DNA of 64,000 nucleotides from a bacterium (GCA_965216315.1 CBDCFN010000016.1:1920001-1984000); one strand, 5' to 3'. Counted from the stretch's first letter, positions 1 to 10,796 are shown. The notes: generated from the letters alone by a model not told the origin. Numbers and translations are program-made.

Positions 1-504
1 GAGAATAGACGACTTTGCAAGCTTCCACGTCGGACCCAATTCTTTACCAAATAAGATGCGCTTATAATCCCGTCGCACTTTGGTTCCCTCTTTCGCGCCT
101 AAACTGCCAAGCGTAGGACCATAGTAGGTCATGAGCTCTGTCTGTGAGCCAATGCGATCCAGCAACAGGGTCAGATCGCTGTATCCGATGATACGTTTAG
201 GATAACGGCGTAATCGCCCAAATTTTAGTTGTGGCAGGATGTGATGCAGACCGAAACCACCGCGCGCGAAGAGGATGGCCTTGATATCACTCCTATCGAT
301 CAGCGACTGCAACTCATTGAGGCGGCGCCGGTGCGTCCCTGCAAAGTACCGGTGGGACTTAAAGATATCGCTTCGAAAGACGGGTTGGAGACCCCATTGT
401 TCGAGAACACGTACACCGCGCATAAAGCGGGTCCGATTGACCGCCCCGCTCGGGGCCGCGATGCCGACTTTATCACCGGGTTGTAATGGCAATGCTGTTC
501 TCAT
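1..504 (-). CDS. ldcA: LD-carboxypeptidase (peptidase S66, LdcA family), truncated by the window edge
   Basis: Not in ORF track; hand translation from ATG at 504: MRTALPLQPGDKVGIAAPSG...ILFARGGFG...IIGYSDLT (S66 ARGGxG and GYSDxT motifs). Confidence 0.88.
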   Translation of the reverse strand, partial: MRTALPLQPGDKVGIAAPSGAVNRTRFMRGVRVLEQWGLQPVFRSDIFKSHRYFAGTHRRRLNELQSLIDRSDIKAILFARGGFGLHHILPQLKFGRLRRYPKRIIGYSDLTLLLDRIGSQTELMTYYGPTLGSLGAKEGTKVRRDYKRILFGKELGPTWKLAKSSIL

Positions 505-561
505 GGGCTACCGTTATACGTAGCCATAGAACGATGATCAAGAATAGATTACCTACAGCCT

Positions 562-1467
562 TTAATAGCCGTACTTACTCTCCCGCCCCAGCTCTTTCAA
601 CAGAGAATCCACCTCTTTTTTGAGCTCAACCATATCCAATTCACGCCCGACCATAAACTTATTCATATATTCTAGATGCAACTTCTCATGCTTCAACTGG
701 GCCTCGGTACGATTTCTTTCTTCTTCGATCTGCTTGCGCTTGAAAAAACCGGGGATCTCATATTCGCTGACATCCCTCGTCTGCTTCGTTTCTTTCTTTA
801 GATAGTCCTGGATATAGTCCTCAATCTTGGAGGGATGTGCCATAATGAAGCGACAGGCTGAATCACTTGCTGTCTTCGCCTTGCACATAATCTCCGATGC
901 CACCAGCGTGACTCCAAAACTCTCCTCGCACCAACCCGAAGAATATCCCGCATTCATGATACATACAGGCACCTGACTTGTTTTGTTCGCTTTAATCCAA
1001 GACTCGGATTCAAATGAATAGGGATGATTATACACGATGCAAAAGTTTTCATCCGGTGTCGGTTTTGACTCGGGAAGAATATCGACAAAGGCCCAGCCCG
1101 AGTAAGAAAACAGGATCGGGCCTGCCGAAAGTTTCTCAAGCGGATCTTTTAAGTCCATCCGCTCGTGAAAAGCCCGCGCATCCGTCTTACCAAGGGCATG
1201 CGCCAGGTCAAACAGGAGTTGCCGGGCCACTTCGAACGACTTCTCTTCTCCTTGATCACGGTAGAGATGCTTGACCGTCTCAATAAAGTCGACCGACATG
1301 GAAGCGGCACGCACGAGTATATATCGCTCCCCAAATATAGAGATCGTCCCCTTCGATGGATCTTCAATTTTTTCACTGAAATAGTGCGCGACCTTCTCTT
1401 GGGCCTCTTCAAAAATCGACTCGATCTCTTTAGGAACTTTGGCGGTTTTCAACATGACTAAGGTCAT
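562..1467 (-). CDS. XylR_N/V4R domain sensor protein with C-terminal coiled coil
   Basis: GTISIFGERYILVRA, PVCIMNAGYSSGWCEESFGVTLVASEIMCKA..CRF typical of V4R; start uncertain (1455/1467/1512). Confidence 0.8.
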   Translation of the reverse strand: MTLVMLKTAKVPKEIESIFEEAQEKVAHYFSEKIEDPSKGTISIFGERYILVRAASMSVDFIETVKHLYRDQGEEKSFEVARQLLFDLAHALGKTDARAFHERMDLKDPLEKLSAGPILFSYSGWAFVDILPESKPTPDENFCIVYNHPYSFESESWIKANKTSQVPVCIMNAGYSSGWCEESFGVTLVASEIMCKAKTASDSACRFIMAHPSKIEDYIQDYLKKETKQTRDVSEYEIPGFFKRKQIEEERNRTEAQLKHEKLHLEYMNKFMVGRELDMVELKKEVDSLLKELGRESKYGY

Positions 1468-1613
1468 TGTAGATATCGACGCATTAAGAAACAAGGACAA
1501 GATTTTATCCAAGCGACCGAATCACGGATAAACCAATAACCACGCACCTATTTTATTGGTTGAAAGCAAATTTTCTTCGCAACTTCTAAGCATCGCTTTC
1601 GAGATAGCGACAT

Positions 1614-2756
1614 ATGAATGCACTGTCTGCGAATATCGTCAATTCGCAACTGATCGGGGCCTTGACGCTCACGGCCCACTACGTCACGGCCGGTCAACCC
1701 GTGGCGGAAGCCTGTCAACGTGCACGCTTGAGAACAGCCTTGCGAGAGTGTCAAAGCGATCCCCAATTAGTGCAGCTATCTCAAACAATCGACACGGTTG
1801 AACATCAAAACGAATCACAAACAACAGCGGCTCTTTGTGACGCGATTATCGTCGTCAAGGAACAACTTCGCGAAACAGACCCTGATTATCTCCTCTTAAC
1901 TGAGGCCCACCAACAGCTTCAGAGCTTGGAAGCAGGGAACAGTATTGCGCCGGAACGACGGCCCTCAGGAATCCAGGCACGAATCCCGTCGCGAACACAA
2001 TTAGTACGCGAGCTGGAAACACTATTAGCAGAAATGCAGGACCTCGCTCATGATATCAAAAGCCCCGTCCATGTAATATCCTCCTGCATCGAATATCTGG
2101 AACCAACAATTGATCCCGAAATCGCATCGGATATGCACTTAAGCCTGAATAATTTGAGGGGACTTATCACGGTTCTTGATCGCCTCTCCCAGCCGGAATA
2201 TCAAAAGTCAATCAATCATCCGATTGACTTGCGTCTTTATGTCCAACCCGCACTTATTAGCCGGATGTTTCGAAAACAAACAAAGCCCATTGGATTAAAC
2301 TGGCATGTTTCAAATGAACCATTGACGATTCACGCTAATGGAATCGCCTTAGGCCGCATCATTGATAATCTAATTACCAACTCGATTGAAGCGATGCAAG
2401 ATACCGAACGGCGCGAACTCCGAATCGCAGCGACGGCTATCGACTTAGATGACGATGACACCCGACAAAAAATTACCACCGTGATCGAGCAGGCAGGGAT
2501 TCATATTGGCCACGCGATTCATTATGGACAATACGTGCATTTAAAGATCGAGGACAGTGGGATGGGCATGGATGAGGAAACCATGCATCACATGTTTGAG
2601 CGCTACTTCTCGACCAAAGCGATAGCCGCCAACCATGTCCGCGGCCTGGGCATGCACCGTGCCCAAAAAGAGATCATTGCAATGAATGGTTCCCTGTACG
2701 TGATCAGTGAACCAGGTCAAGGAACGCAGTTTCATCTGTTCTTTCCGCAATACTAG
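1614..2756 (+). CDS. Soluble histidine kinase (HisKA + HATPase_c), no evident sensor domain
   Basis: H-box LAHDIKSP, N-box IIDNLITNSIEA, DSGMGM, FSTK, RGLGM, GQGTQF. Confidence 0.85.
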   Translation: MNALSANIVNSQLIGALTLTAHYVTAGQPVAEACQRARLRTALRECQSDPQLVQLSQTIDTVEHQNESQTTAALCDAIIVVKEQLRETDPDYLLLTEAHQQLQSLEAGNSIAPERRPSGIQARIPSRTQLVRELETLLAEMQDLAHDIKSPVHVISSCIEYLEPTIDPEIASDMHLSLNNLRGLITVLDRLSQPEYQKSINHPIDLRLYVQPALISRMFRKQTKPIGLNWHVSNEPLTIHANGIALGRIIDNLITNSIEAMQDTERRELRIAATAIDLDDDDTRQKITTVIEQAGIHIGHAIHYGQYVHLKIEDSGMGMDEETMHHMFERYFSTKAIAANHVRGLGMHRAQKEIIAMNGSLYVISEPGQGTQFHLFFPQY

Positions 2757-2897
2757 CTCCACCTGAATTTCCATCTTTCTTCAGAATGAGCATTTCTCAA
2801 TAAAGAACATTCGCATAGAAGATTTCCAATCTCTTATTTCCACAGAGAATCTCTTAATTTCCCTTTAAATACAATTAGTTAGATAATTTCCATCCTT

Positions 2898-2914
2898 TGG
2901 CACGGATGCTGCAT
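2898..2914 (+). promoter_or_regulatory. Putative sigma-54 promoter
   Basis: TGGCACGGATGCTGCA with GG-N10-GC spacing, about 50 nt before ATG 2965. Confidence 0.6.
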
Positions 2915-2964
2915 TTACAAACTCCCGAGATGAACTGTCACTGCTAATTTTAAGGAGCGTTGAA

Positions 2965-4356
2965 ATGAAAACCTCGAATCACCGCCGCTTGTCCGGCTTC
3001 GTCCTCATAATGTGCGTTGCTCTCACCCTTACGGCCTGCCCGAAACAGGACGGTGGGGATGACGCGAAACCAGCAGAAAAAAAGGCGGAACCAGCCGTCA
3101 GCATCGTCCCTGATTGCGACAAGACCGCAAAAAATCCCATTTACAAAAAAGCTGCAGAACTCACCCAAGAGATCATTGAAAAACTGAAACTTGGAGACAA
3201 GTTTAAAGACAAGAAAATCAAAATCGTCTTGGAAGAAGTCGTGCCTGGTAAAAAGAATCCACCCTTACTCGGATCCACCACAGTTGATGAAAGTGATCCC
3301 AATACTGTAACGATTACAATCTCCGCTTTTCTTCAGGTCAGTTATGATATGACGGCGAAAGGAGGAGATGCAGCCAAGAAGATTGCGGACCAAATCTTGT
3401 TGTACGTTCTAGCGCATGAACTTGAACATGCCTGCGCGGATTTGCCCGCCGATAGTCTTACCCGAAAATTCAACAAGGCCTATGACGCAGTCGGCAAGAA
3501 AATTGAGGAATTAGAAACGGCTGTCAAAGAGGGAAAAAAGACCGAAAAAGAAACCCGCAAGGAAATGAAAAAGCTCCTCATTGAAATGAAACGAGTCGAA
3601 CTCGAAAATGAAGAACATGAATTAGCGGAAGAGAAGCGCATCCAAAAAAAATCACGAGAAGAACACAAGAGCACGTTCGGTCTTCCTGACAATATTGTCG
3701 AATATCTCCAAGGCTTAGAGGCCAAGGTCAACGCCGCCCGCGAGGCAAAGATCAAGAAGCTTAAAAAAGAACTCAAAGACCTCGGAGTTGACATCGACAA
3801 AGAGCGAGAAGAGGACGCCAAGAAAAAAACCGAGGAAGAAAAGAAAGCGGATGACGACAAATCGAGCTTTTACCCCGAAGACTCAGGGTCCTTTTTTGGT
3901 AACGGCCTCTGCGGTCTAGGCACCGTTGACCTCGATGTCGTCGACGGCTCGGTCTTGCTTTACGGAGAAACAGGTGAACCCGTCACCCTGGAGTTGACCG
4001 AAGCGGGAGAAAACGCCGCAAGCGGCGTCGCCTATGTTTTCGACCTCCCTCATGATTGTCAGATATCACGGACCAGTGTCATGGTTGAATCCGAGTTGAT
4101 CTCACACGAATGCGTCTCCGTCACCGGAGTGCAAGACTGTGATGAAAAAAACGAAGAACTCGATACAAGTAATATTGAAAGTGAAAACCTGGATGGAATC
4201 ATGGTCCCAATTCACGACGACATCACAGTGGACGACCTAACAGGCGATGAGCCGGGCATCTACTGTTCTGCCGAAACCGAACAAGTCCTCATGGGCTTCA
4301 CCTTAAGCTGCCAGCACTCCAGCGGTGCCAGTTGTAACGAAGTCTTTAGTCTCTAG
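2965..4356 (+). CDS. Lipoprotein with HExxH zinc-metallopeptidase-like motif, coiled coil and Cys-containing acidic C-terminus
   Basis: Lipobox LTAC; LYVLAHELEH; K/E-rich helical middle. Confidence 0.55.
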   Translation: MKTSNHRRLSGFVLIMCVALTLTACPKQDGGDDAKPAEKKAEPAVSIVPDCDKTAKNPIYKKAAELTQEIIEKLKLGDKFKDKKIKIVLEEVVPGKKNPPLLGSTTVDESDPNTVTITISAFLQVSYDMTAKGGDAAKKIADQILLYVLAHELEHACADLPADSLTRKFNKAYDAVGKKIEELETAVKEGKKTEKETRKEMKKLLIEMKRVELENEEHELAEEKRIQKKSREEHKSTFGLPDNIVEYLQGLEAKVNAAREAKIKKLKKELKDLGVDIDKEREEDAKKKTEEEKKADDDKSSFYPEDSGSFFGNGLCGLGTVDLDVVDGSVLLYGETGEPVTLELTEAGENAASGVAYVFDLPHDCQISRTSVMVESELISHECVSVTGVQDCDEKNEELDTSNIESENLDGIMVPIHDDITVDDLTGDEPGIYCSAETEQVLMGFTLSCQHSSGASCNEVFSL

Positions 4357-4424
4357 CCACAGGAGGGACCCGCGCAAGCTGTTGATTTTGTTTGGTTCTT
4401 GTGCGGGTTCCCTGGAGATTTTCA

Positions 4425-4453
4425 TTGCATCCCCTCACCCCTTCTGTTAGACA
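4425..4453 (+). promoter_or_regulatory. Putative sigma-70 promoter for hisG-mrp
   Basis: TTGCAT-N17-TAGACA just upstream of ATG 4464. Confidence 0.4.
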
Positions 4454-4463
4454 AACCGGCCAT

Positions 4464-5351
4464 ATGGCCAAGAAAACCGCAAATATCCTCCGTTTAGGCA
4501 TCCCCAAGGGCTCCCTGCAGGAATCCACCGCGCGCCTGTTCCAGAAGGCCGGCTACCGCATCAATATTAGGAGCCGTTCCTACAAGCCCGAGATCGATGA
4601 TCCGGAGATCAACTGCCTCTTGATCCGAGCCCAAGAAATGGCCCGTTATATCGATGAAGGGCTGCTCGACTGCGGATTGACCGGCCGCGATTGGATGCTC
4701 GAGCAGAACTCCAAGGCCGTGGAAGTCGCCGAACTGCGCTACGCCAAGGCCGGGCTACGGCCCGTCCGCTGGGTCATTGCCGTCCCCAACGACTCGAAGA
4801 TCAAGAAAATCAAGGATCTTCAGGGCAAACGCATCGCCACGGAACTCGTCGGCCACACGACGCGCTTTCTCAAAAAACACGGCGTCACTGCCAAAGTGGA
4901 ATTCTCATGGGGCGCCACCGAGGTCAAACCGCCGGAGCTTGCGGATGCCATCGTTGAATTGACCGAGACGGGTTCGAGCCTGCGTGCCAACAACCTGAGA
5001 ATTCTAGATACAATCCTCGAGTCCAACACGCTGCTACTCGCTAATCGCGCCAGCTGGAAAGACAAATGGAAACGGCAGAAGATTGAGAACCTTTGCATGC
5101 TCCTCCAGGGAGCGATCGCCGCAGAAGAAAAAGTCGGTCTGGCACTCAACGCACCGAAGAAGAAAGTCGAGGAGATTTTAAAACTCTTACCCAGTTTGCA
5201 CTCACCGACGGTCAACGATCAGAGTGATTCAAGTTGGGTCTCGGTAGAAGTCATCGTCGATGAGAAGGTTGTGCGCGATATCATTCCCTTACTCCATCGC
5301 GCCGGTGCCACGGGAATAGTGGAATTTCCACTGAACAAAGTTATTCTTTAA
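4464..5351 (+). CDS. hisG: ATP phosphoribosyltransferase (long form)
   Basis: [39 protein letters not shown]-terminal regulatory domain ending [14 protein letters not shown]. Confidence 0.95.
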   Translation: MAKKTANILRLGIPKGSLQESTARLFQKAGYRINIRSRSYKPEIDDPEINCLLIRAQEMARYIDEGLLDCGLTGRDWMLEQNSKAVEVAELRYAKAGLRPVRWVIAVPNDSKIKKIKDLQGKRIATELVGHTTRFLKKHGVTAKVEFSWGATEVKPPELADAIVELTETGSSLRANNLRILDTILESNTLLLANRASWKDKWKRQKIENLCMLLQGAIAAEEKVGLALNAPKKKVEEILKLLPSLHSPTVNDQSDSSWVSVEVIVDEKVVRDIIPLLHRAGATGIVEFPLNKVIL

Positions 5352-5909
5352 ATGAAGATCATTCAAGTCGGGATATTAGCCCTTGCATTATTTTTGCTCT
5401 GGGTGGTTCTGTCCGGATTCTTTGACGCCTATCATCTCCTTCTGGGTATTCTATCCGTCGCATTGGTCATTACTGCGGTCTGGAAGTTATCGCTGTTTCC
5501 GCGAAAAAAAATGGGTTCGGACGTCTGGACGAGTCTTGCGGGGACGATCCGCTGGCGTTATGGACTCGTCTACCCCTTTATTTTTGCGCTCAATGTAATC
5601 AAGGCCAATCTCCAAGTCGCGGCCCTCGTACTTGATCCCAGGATGCCGATTGATCCCGTATTATTACGGTTTAAAAGCACTTATAAAACCGATGCCGCCA
5701 AAGTTTTACTGGGAAATGCCATTACGCTAACTCCTGGAACGGTAACTCTGGATATAAGAGACCAAGATTTTTATGTTCATGCGCTGAGTCCTCGCCTTGC
5801 GGCCAGTCTGCTAGATGGAACCGATCATAATCACGTCGCCAAAATATTTGGCGAAAAATTACTCGACGGAGTTTCAGTAACCATAACACGCAACCCGGAT
5901 GATTTCTAA
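5352..5909 (+). CDS. mrpE: Mrp Na+/H+ antiporter subunit E
   Basis: GNAITLTPGTVTLD, YVHAL motifs. Confidence 0.9.
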   Translation: MKIIQVGILALALFLLWVVLSGFFDAYHLLLGILSVALVITAVWKLSLFPRKKMGSDVWTSLAGTIRWRYGLVYPFIFALNVIKANLQVAALVLDPRMPIDPVLLRFKSTYKTDAAKVLLGNAITLTPGTVTLDIRDQDFYVHALSPRLAASLLDGTDHNHVAKIFGEKLLDGVSVTITRNPDDF

Positions 5910-6184
5910 TGGACTTAACAGCCTTCCTAATTTTCATTTCGCTTCTCCTGGCCATGGCCTTGTTGATTCCTTTTTACCGGGTCCTGCAAGGACCCACTCT
6001 TTACGATCGCATGGCAGGACTGGGGGTTATCGGTTCCAAAACGCTGGTCTTATTGACTCTCGCCGGCGTGTTGTATGGTCGCCTGGACATGTTTATTGAT
6101 ATCGTTCTCGCTTATTCAATGCTCAACTTTATCGGCACCATTGCTATCTCCAAATACCTCCATGTTCGGGGAGGCAAAACATGA
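5909..6184 (+). CDS. mrpF: Mrp subunit F
   Basis: RVLQGPTLYDR, DIVLAYSMLNFIGTIA. Confidence 0.9.
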   Translation: MDLTAFLIFISLLLAMALLIPFYRVLQGPTLYDRMAGLGVIGSKTLVLLTLAGVLYGRLDMFIDIVLAYSMLNFIGTIAISKYLHVRGGKT

Positions 6185-6489
6185 TCTTACAAGGTTTTGC
6201 TATTTTTTTGCTGTGCATAGGAAGTTCGTTTTTGCTGTTAGGCAGTATTGGCGTCGTTCGCTTCCCTGATTTTTATTCACGAACGCATGCCATGAGTAAA
6301 CCCGACACCTTGGGCCTGATCTTAACCCTAACCGGCATCGCGATGCTCAATGGCTGGAATCTCGTTTCTCTTAAATTAATACTGGGTGTTTTCTTTATTG
6401 CAATCGCAAATGCTGCAGCCACTCACGTCTTAGGTCGCGCCGCCCTAACCAACGGACTTAAGCCGTGGTCACGAGAGGATAAGCAGTAA
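6181..6489 (+). CDS. mrpG: Mrp subunit G
   Basis: RFPDFYSRTHAMSKPDTLG. Confidence 0.9.
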   Translation: MILQGFAIFLLCIGSSFLLLGSIGVVRFPDFYSRTHAMSKPDTLGLILTLTGIAMLNGWNLVSLKLILGVFFIAIANAAATHVLGRAALTNGLKPWSREDKQ

Positions 6490-6734
6490 TGGTTTGGTTA
6501 ATCGGCGTAACATTGTTTTCTCTTGCCATCATTGTAGCCGTTGTGTCCCTCTGGGCCAAAGACCTCATGACTTCCGTCGTGACTCTCACCGTCTTCAGCT
6601 TTCTCATGGCGATACTCTATGCCTGGTTTGGCGCCCCCGATGTCGCTCTTAATGAAGCCGTGATTGGAGCCGGGATCAGTGGCGTTTTCTTTGTCATTAC
6701 CATTTATTATACAACCCGCAGGAGTCGCGACTAA
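6489..6734 (+). CDS. Mrp small subunit (DUF4040/MbhD-like fragment of MrpA)
   Basis: GAPDVALNEAVIGAGISG motif; operon position. Confidence 0.8.
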   Translation: MVWLIGVTLFSLAIIVAVVSLWAKDLMTSVVTLTVFSFLMAILYAWFGAPDVALNEAVIGAGISGVFFVITIYYTTRRSRD

Positions 6735-7024
6735 TGAACGTCATCAAAGCCATACGTTGGTTGTTACTCCTCGGGGTTGGATTTTTTTTAGCATATGGTG
6801 GGTTAACATTGCCGTTGCGAGGCGATCCGGATGCGCCTGCGTCTCAACATGTTTCGCCGCGCTACATTGAACGCAGTCTCGAAGAAACGGGGACGCCCAA
6901 TATAGTCACTGCTGTACTCGCCGACTATAGAAGCTTCGATACTCTTGGCGAAACGCTGGTTATTTTTACGGCAGGCATGGCCTGCTTCTTTGTCATGCGT
7001 TCCCGCAAGCGAGAAGAGACATGA
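6734..7024 (+). CDS. Mrp small subunit (MbhE-like fragment of MrpA)
   Basis: PNIVTAVLADYRSFDTLGE motif. Confidence 0.82.
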   Translation: MNVIKAIRWLLLLGVGFFLAYGGLTLPLRGDPDAPASQHVSPRYIERSLEETGTPNIVTAVLADYRSFDTLGETLVIFTAGMACFFVMRSRKREET

Positions 7025-7455
7025 AAACAGAATCACATAGCGTCATCATTCAAGGGGTAACACGCTTTATTATTCCCTTTCTCCAGATTTTCGGCCTCTA
7101 TATCATTTTTCATGGCCATTATAGCCCAGGCGGCGGCTTTCAAGGCGGCGCGATGCTTGCTGCAAGCATTTTGTTGGAACGCCTAGTCTTCGGCAGAGAG
7201 GCCACCATGAAACTATTCCCGATTAAAGTGGGGATTCCTCTCGGTATTATCGGATTGATTATCTTTGCTGGCGTCGGCGCATTCGGTCTTGATGCAACGC
7301 ATTCCTTTCTTGATTACGCCGCTCTCCCCCTTAAGGTTGGTGCCGCTGAATTGCGAGCCTTCGGCATTTTATTTGTCGAAATTGGCGTCGCATTAGCAGT
7401 ACTTGGCACTCTGGTTGCCGTCTATGATCAGCTGATGGAAGGGGGAGAATCTTAA
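7021..7455 (+). CDS. mrpB: Mrp subunit B
   Basis: HGHYSPGGGFQGG, EIGVALAV. Confidence 0.9.
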   Translation: MKTESHSVIIQGVTRFIIPFLQIFGLYIIFHGHYSPGGGFQGGAMLAASILLERLVFGREATMKLFPIKVGIPLGIIGLIIFAGVGAFGLDATHSFLDYAALPLKVGAAELRAFGILFVEIGVALAVLGTLVAVYDQLMEGGES

Positions 7456-7835
7456 TGGAATTCAGTTTTGACGTCTTTATAGGACGCTTTCCTTATTTCG
7501 CCACGATGATTCTTTTCTTAATTGGGCTTTTTGGGCTTTTCTTTAAGCAAAATCTTATCAAGAAATTAATCGGCATGAACATCATGCAAGCTGCCGTCAT
7601 ATTGTTCTTTATTGTCCATTCATATAAATGGGGCGCATCAGTGCCTATTCGCACTACGGAACTTGGGAATCTCGCAACTCAATATGTAAACCCCATTCCG
7701 CATGCTCTGATGTTAACAGCCATTGTTGTTTCCGTTGCCACAACGGGAGTCGCACTCAGCTTGATTATCAAAATTTACCAAAAATATCAGTGTCTCGATG
7801 AAACCGAGATCATCGAGACCAAGGAGAGCACGTGA
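7455..7835 (+). CDS. mrpC: Mrp subunit C
   Basis: NLIKKLIG, NPIPHALMLTAIVV. Confidence 0.9.
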   Translation: MEFSFDVFIGRFPYFATMILFLIGLFGLFFKQNLIKKLIGMNIMQAAVILFFIVHSYKWGASVPIRTTELGNLATQYVNPIPHALMLTAIVVSVATTGVALSLIIKIYQKYQCLDETEIIETKEST

Positions 7836-9310
7836 ACGCTCACGCACCCATTCTCATCTTATTGATTCCACTGTTTGGAGCACTCATAAGTCAGGGCCTG
7901 GGTCTCCGTTGGCCGCGGGCCAGTGCCGTGACGGCCGTGAGCGCCAATGCAATGCTACTTATTGTCAGTCTCATCGCCCTGCTCACCTCGTTAAATAGTA
8001 ACCCGTTTCATTATGCATTGGGCAGCTGGGTGGCACCTTATGGGATTGAACTGATCTTAGACCCGCTTTCTGCGTTCATCAGCGCCGTAATCGGCTTTAT
8101 TGCTTTAACTGTGTTGAGTTATGGAGCTTCTATCATTAAACAGCAGTTTCCTGAACGCCGCTCTTCCTTTTATTGTCTCGCCCTCATCTTAGAAATGGGC
8201 CTACTTGGCATGGTCATGACCGGTGACTTGTTTAATCTGTATGTGTTCCTAGAAATTTCCTCATTAGCCGCTTATGCGTTGATGGCCGTTGGCAATTCCC
8301 GCGCACCCCTGTCGGCACTACGCTACCTTTTTCTCGGCACGATCGGAGCTTCCTTTTATCTATTAGGATTGGGGTTTCTTTACGTCAGCACCGGGTCTCT
8401 CAACATGGCAGACGTCACCCTCATTATCAGCCAACTCAACCTCTCCCCTCCGTTGCTCGTCGCCCTAACATTGATGATCACCGGTTTTGCGATGAAAATG
8501 GCCCTCTTTCCCATGCACGGTTGGTTGCCCAATGCGTATACCTATGCCTCGGCAGCGGCCACAGCCTTGATTGCGCCGCTTATGACCAAAGTCAGTGCCT
8601 ATGTCATTATTCGCCTAACGTTTTTCCTCTTCAGCACCGCGCCTGAGGGCGTTATCCATCCCGTCACGACGACAATTGCGTGGCTTTCCTGTGGAGGCAT
8701 ACTGATCGGTTCTATCATGGCGATGGCACAAAAAGATCTAAAACGCATGCTCGCTTACTCTAGCGTCAGTCAGATTGCTTATATTGGCCTCGGTATCGGG
8801 ATGGCGTCTCCGTTAGGCCTCATCGGAGCTCTCCTGCATATCCTCAACCATGCTCTCATGAAGGCCTGTCTCTTTATGGGTTCCGGTGCGGTGGAGTCGA
8901 CGCATGGAGGCACAAGTGTCGCCGGTCTGCGCGGCATCGGACGCCGCATGCCGTGGACCGGAGCCGCTATCACCACCGCTTGTCTTGCAATGGTCGGCGT
9001 GCCGCCCACAGTCGGTTTTTTTAGCAAGTGGTACCTAGTGCGCGCCGCCTTGGATGCGAATCAATGGATCTTTGCCGCCGTCGTGCTGACAAGCAGTCTC
9101 CTAACGGCTGTTTATATGTTTCGCGTCATCGAATTACTCTATCTCAAAGAAATCGATGATACCTCTAAATATACGGCCAAGCCGCCGAAAGAAGCCCCGT
9201 GGTTGATGCGATTACCGACCTTCATCATCGCCATCTTTATCCTCTTGTCCGGTCTAGCGAGCTCATGGCTCGTATCCGAAGTGCTCCACAAGGTGGTCGC
9301 CCATGTTTGA
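7832..9310 (+). CDS. mrpD: Mrp subunit D (paralog 1)
   Basis: TGDLFNLYVFLEI, KMALFPMHGWLP, LKRMLAYSSV. Confidence 0.9.
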   Translation: MNAHAPILILLIPLFGALISQGLGLRWPRASAVTAVSANAMLLIVSLIALLTSLNSNPFHYALGSWVAPYGIELILDPLSAFISAVIGFIALTVLSYGASIIKQQFPERRSSFYCLALILEMGLLGMVMTGDLFNLYVFLEISSLAAYALMAVGNSRAPLSALRYLFLGTIGASFYLLGLGFLYVSTGSLNMADVTLIISQLNLSPPLLVALTLMITGFAMKMALFPMHGWLPNAYTYASAAATALIAPLMTKVSAYVIIRLTFFLFSTAPEGVIHPVTTTIAWLSCGGILIGSIMAMAQKDLKRMLAYSSVSQIAYIGLGIGMASPLGLIGALLHILNHALMKACLFMGSGAVESTHGGTSVAGLRGIGRRMPWTGAAITTACLAMVGVPPTVGFFSKWYLVRAALDANQWIFAAVVLTSSLLTAVYMFRVIELLYLKEIDDTSKYTAKPPKEAPWLMRLPTFIIAIFILLSGLASSWLVSEVLHKVVAHV

Positions 9311-10796
9311 GCTTCATGCCTGGCAACCTATTAGCGCGATGCTCGTCTCTTTGGCCGCCATCCCGCTTATTTTGCTCAGTCGAAGTCGCCCGAATCTGAG
9401 AGAATTTTGGACCTTATTAGCGGCCATTACCAAATTTTTAATCATCATTTCCATGCTACCCGCCGTATGGCGCGGGGAAACTCTTATATTACGTCTCATT
9501 GAGATTATTCCACATCTCCATTTAAGTTTCAGGGTCGATACGATGGGTGTCTTTTTCGCCTTGGTCGCCTCCAGCCTGTGGCTCGTCACGTCATTCTATT
9601 CCATCGGCTATATGCGCGGCGTGCAGGCCATGAAACAAACGCGTTATTTTGCAAGCTTTGCCCTGTGTCTTTCCTCGACAATCGGTATCGCTTTGGCTGG
9701 AGATTTACTGACCTTTCTCATTTGTTATGAAGTCCTGACCATTGCCACCTACCCGCTCGTCGTCCACAACGAAACCGAACAGGCAATTCGATCCGGGCGC
9801 AAATATTTGGTTTATACTTTGTCGGCCGGTGTTCTTTTAATCCTCGGGGTAATCTGGACGTATCAGCTGAGTGGCACCCTCACGTTTCAAGCCGGTGGCT
9901 TTCTGCAGAGCTCCTTGGCAAGCACACGTGAATTGTGGTGGCTCTTCATTATTTTTATCTCTGCGGCCGGCGTCAAAGCGGGCTTGATGCCTTTGCACAG
10001 CTGGTTGCCGGCAGCCATGGTTGCACCGACACCCGTGAGCGCGCTCCTCCATGCAGTCGCCGTGGTTAAGGCCGGCGTCTTTGCCATTTTACGCATTGTC
10101 GGCTTTGTATTCGGGCCGCACTTGCTCGAAGAAATCGGCGCCTGGAATCTACTGGCCTGGATAGCCGGCTTGACCCTGGTGATCGCATCACTCATCGCCT
10201 ACCGTCAGGAAGAACTGAAACGGAGACTCGCCTATTCAACGATCGCGCACTTAAGTTATATTGTACTGGGTGCGGCGCTACTAGGTTCCAGTGCGTGGCA
10301 AGGTTCACTATTACATCTCGTCAATCACGCGACTCTAAAAATTACGCTCTTTTTCGTCGCCGGTGCAATTTATGTTCAAACCCGGAAACAAAACATTTCA
10401 GAACTGAATGGCATTGGTCGCCAAATGCCCATCACCATGGGCGCCTTCTTATTGGCATCACTCGGACTCGCCGGCGTACCACCGATTAGTGGGTTTATCA
10501 GTAAATGGTACCTCGCCACTGGCAGTCTGGAACAAAATGAACCCATCTTTTTTGTCATGCTCTTGCTTGCGGGCCTGTTATGCGGCGGCTATCTGATACC
10601 GATTGCCTTTCGAGCCTTTTTCCGCACACCGACTGACGGGCCCAAAAAATTCAAAGAAGCTCCGGCCCTCATGGTGGTTCCACTGTGCATCACCGCACTC
10701 ATCTCACTGGTATTAGGTATTTTTCCCAATAGCTTAGGGCATTTGTTTGAGATGGCGGGTCATGTGGCCACGAGCGTCGCCGGAGTGAACCTATGA
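9303..10796 (+). CDS. mrpD: Mrp subunit D-like (paralog 2)
   Basis: KAGLMPLHSWLPAAMVAPTPVSALLHAVAVVKAG, LKRRLAYST. Confidence 0.85.
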   Translation: MFELHAWQPISAMLVSLAAIPLILLSRSRPNLREFWTLLAAITKFLIIISMLPAVWRGETLILRLIEIIPHLHLSFRVDTMGVFFALVASSLWLVTSFYSIGYMRGVQAMKQTRYFASFALCLSSTIGIALAGDLLTFLICYEVLTIATYPLVVHNETEQAIRSGRKYLVYTLSAGVLLILGVIWTYQLSGTLTFQAGGFLQSSLASTRELWWLFIIFISAAGVKAGLMPLHSWLPAAMVAPTPVSALLHAVAVVKAGVFAILRIVGFVFGPHLLEEIGAWNLLAWIAGLTLVIASLIAYRQEELKRRLAYSTIAHLSYIVLGAALLGSSAWQGSLLHLVNHATLKITLFFVAGAIYVQTRKQNISELNGIGRQMPITMGAFLLASLGLAGVPPISGFISKWYLATGSLEQNEPIFFVMLLLAGLLCGGYLIPIAFRAFFRTPTDGPKKFKEAPALMVVPLCITALISLVLGIFPNSLGHLFEMAGHVATSVAGVNL

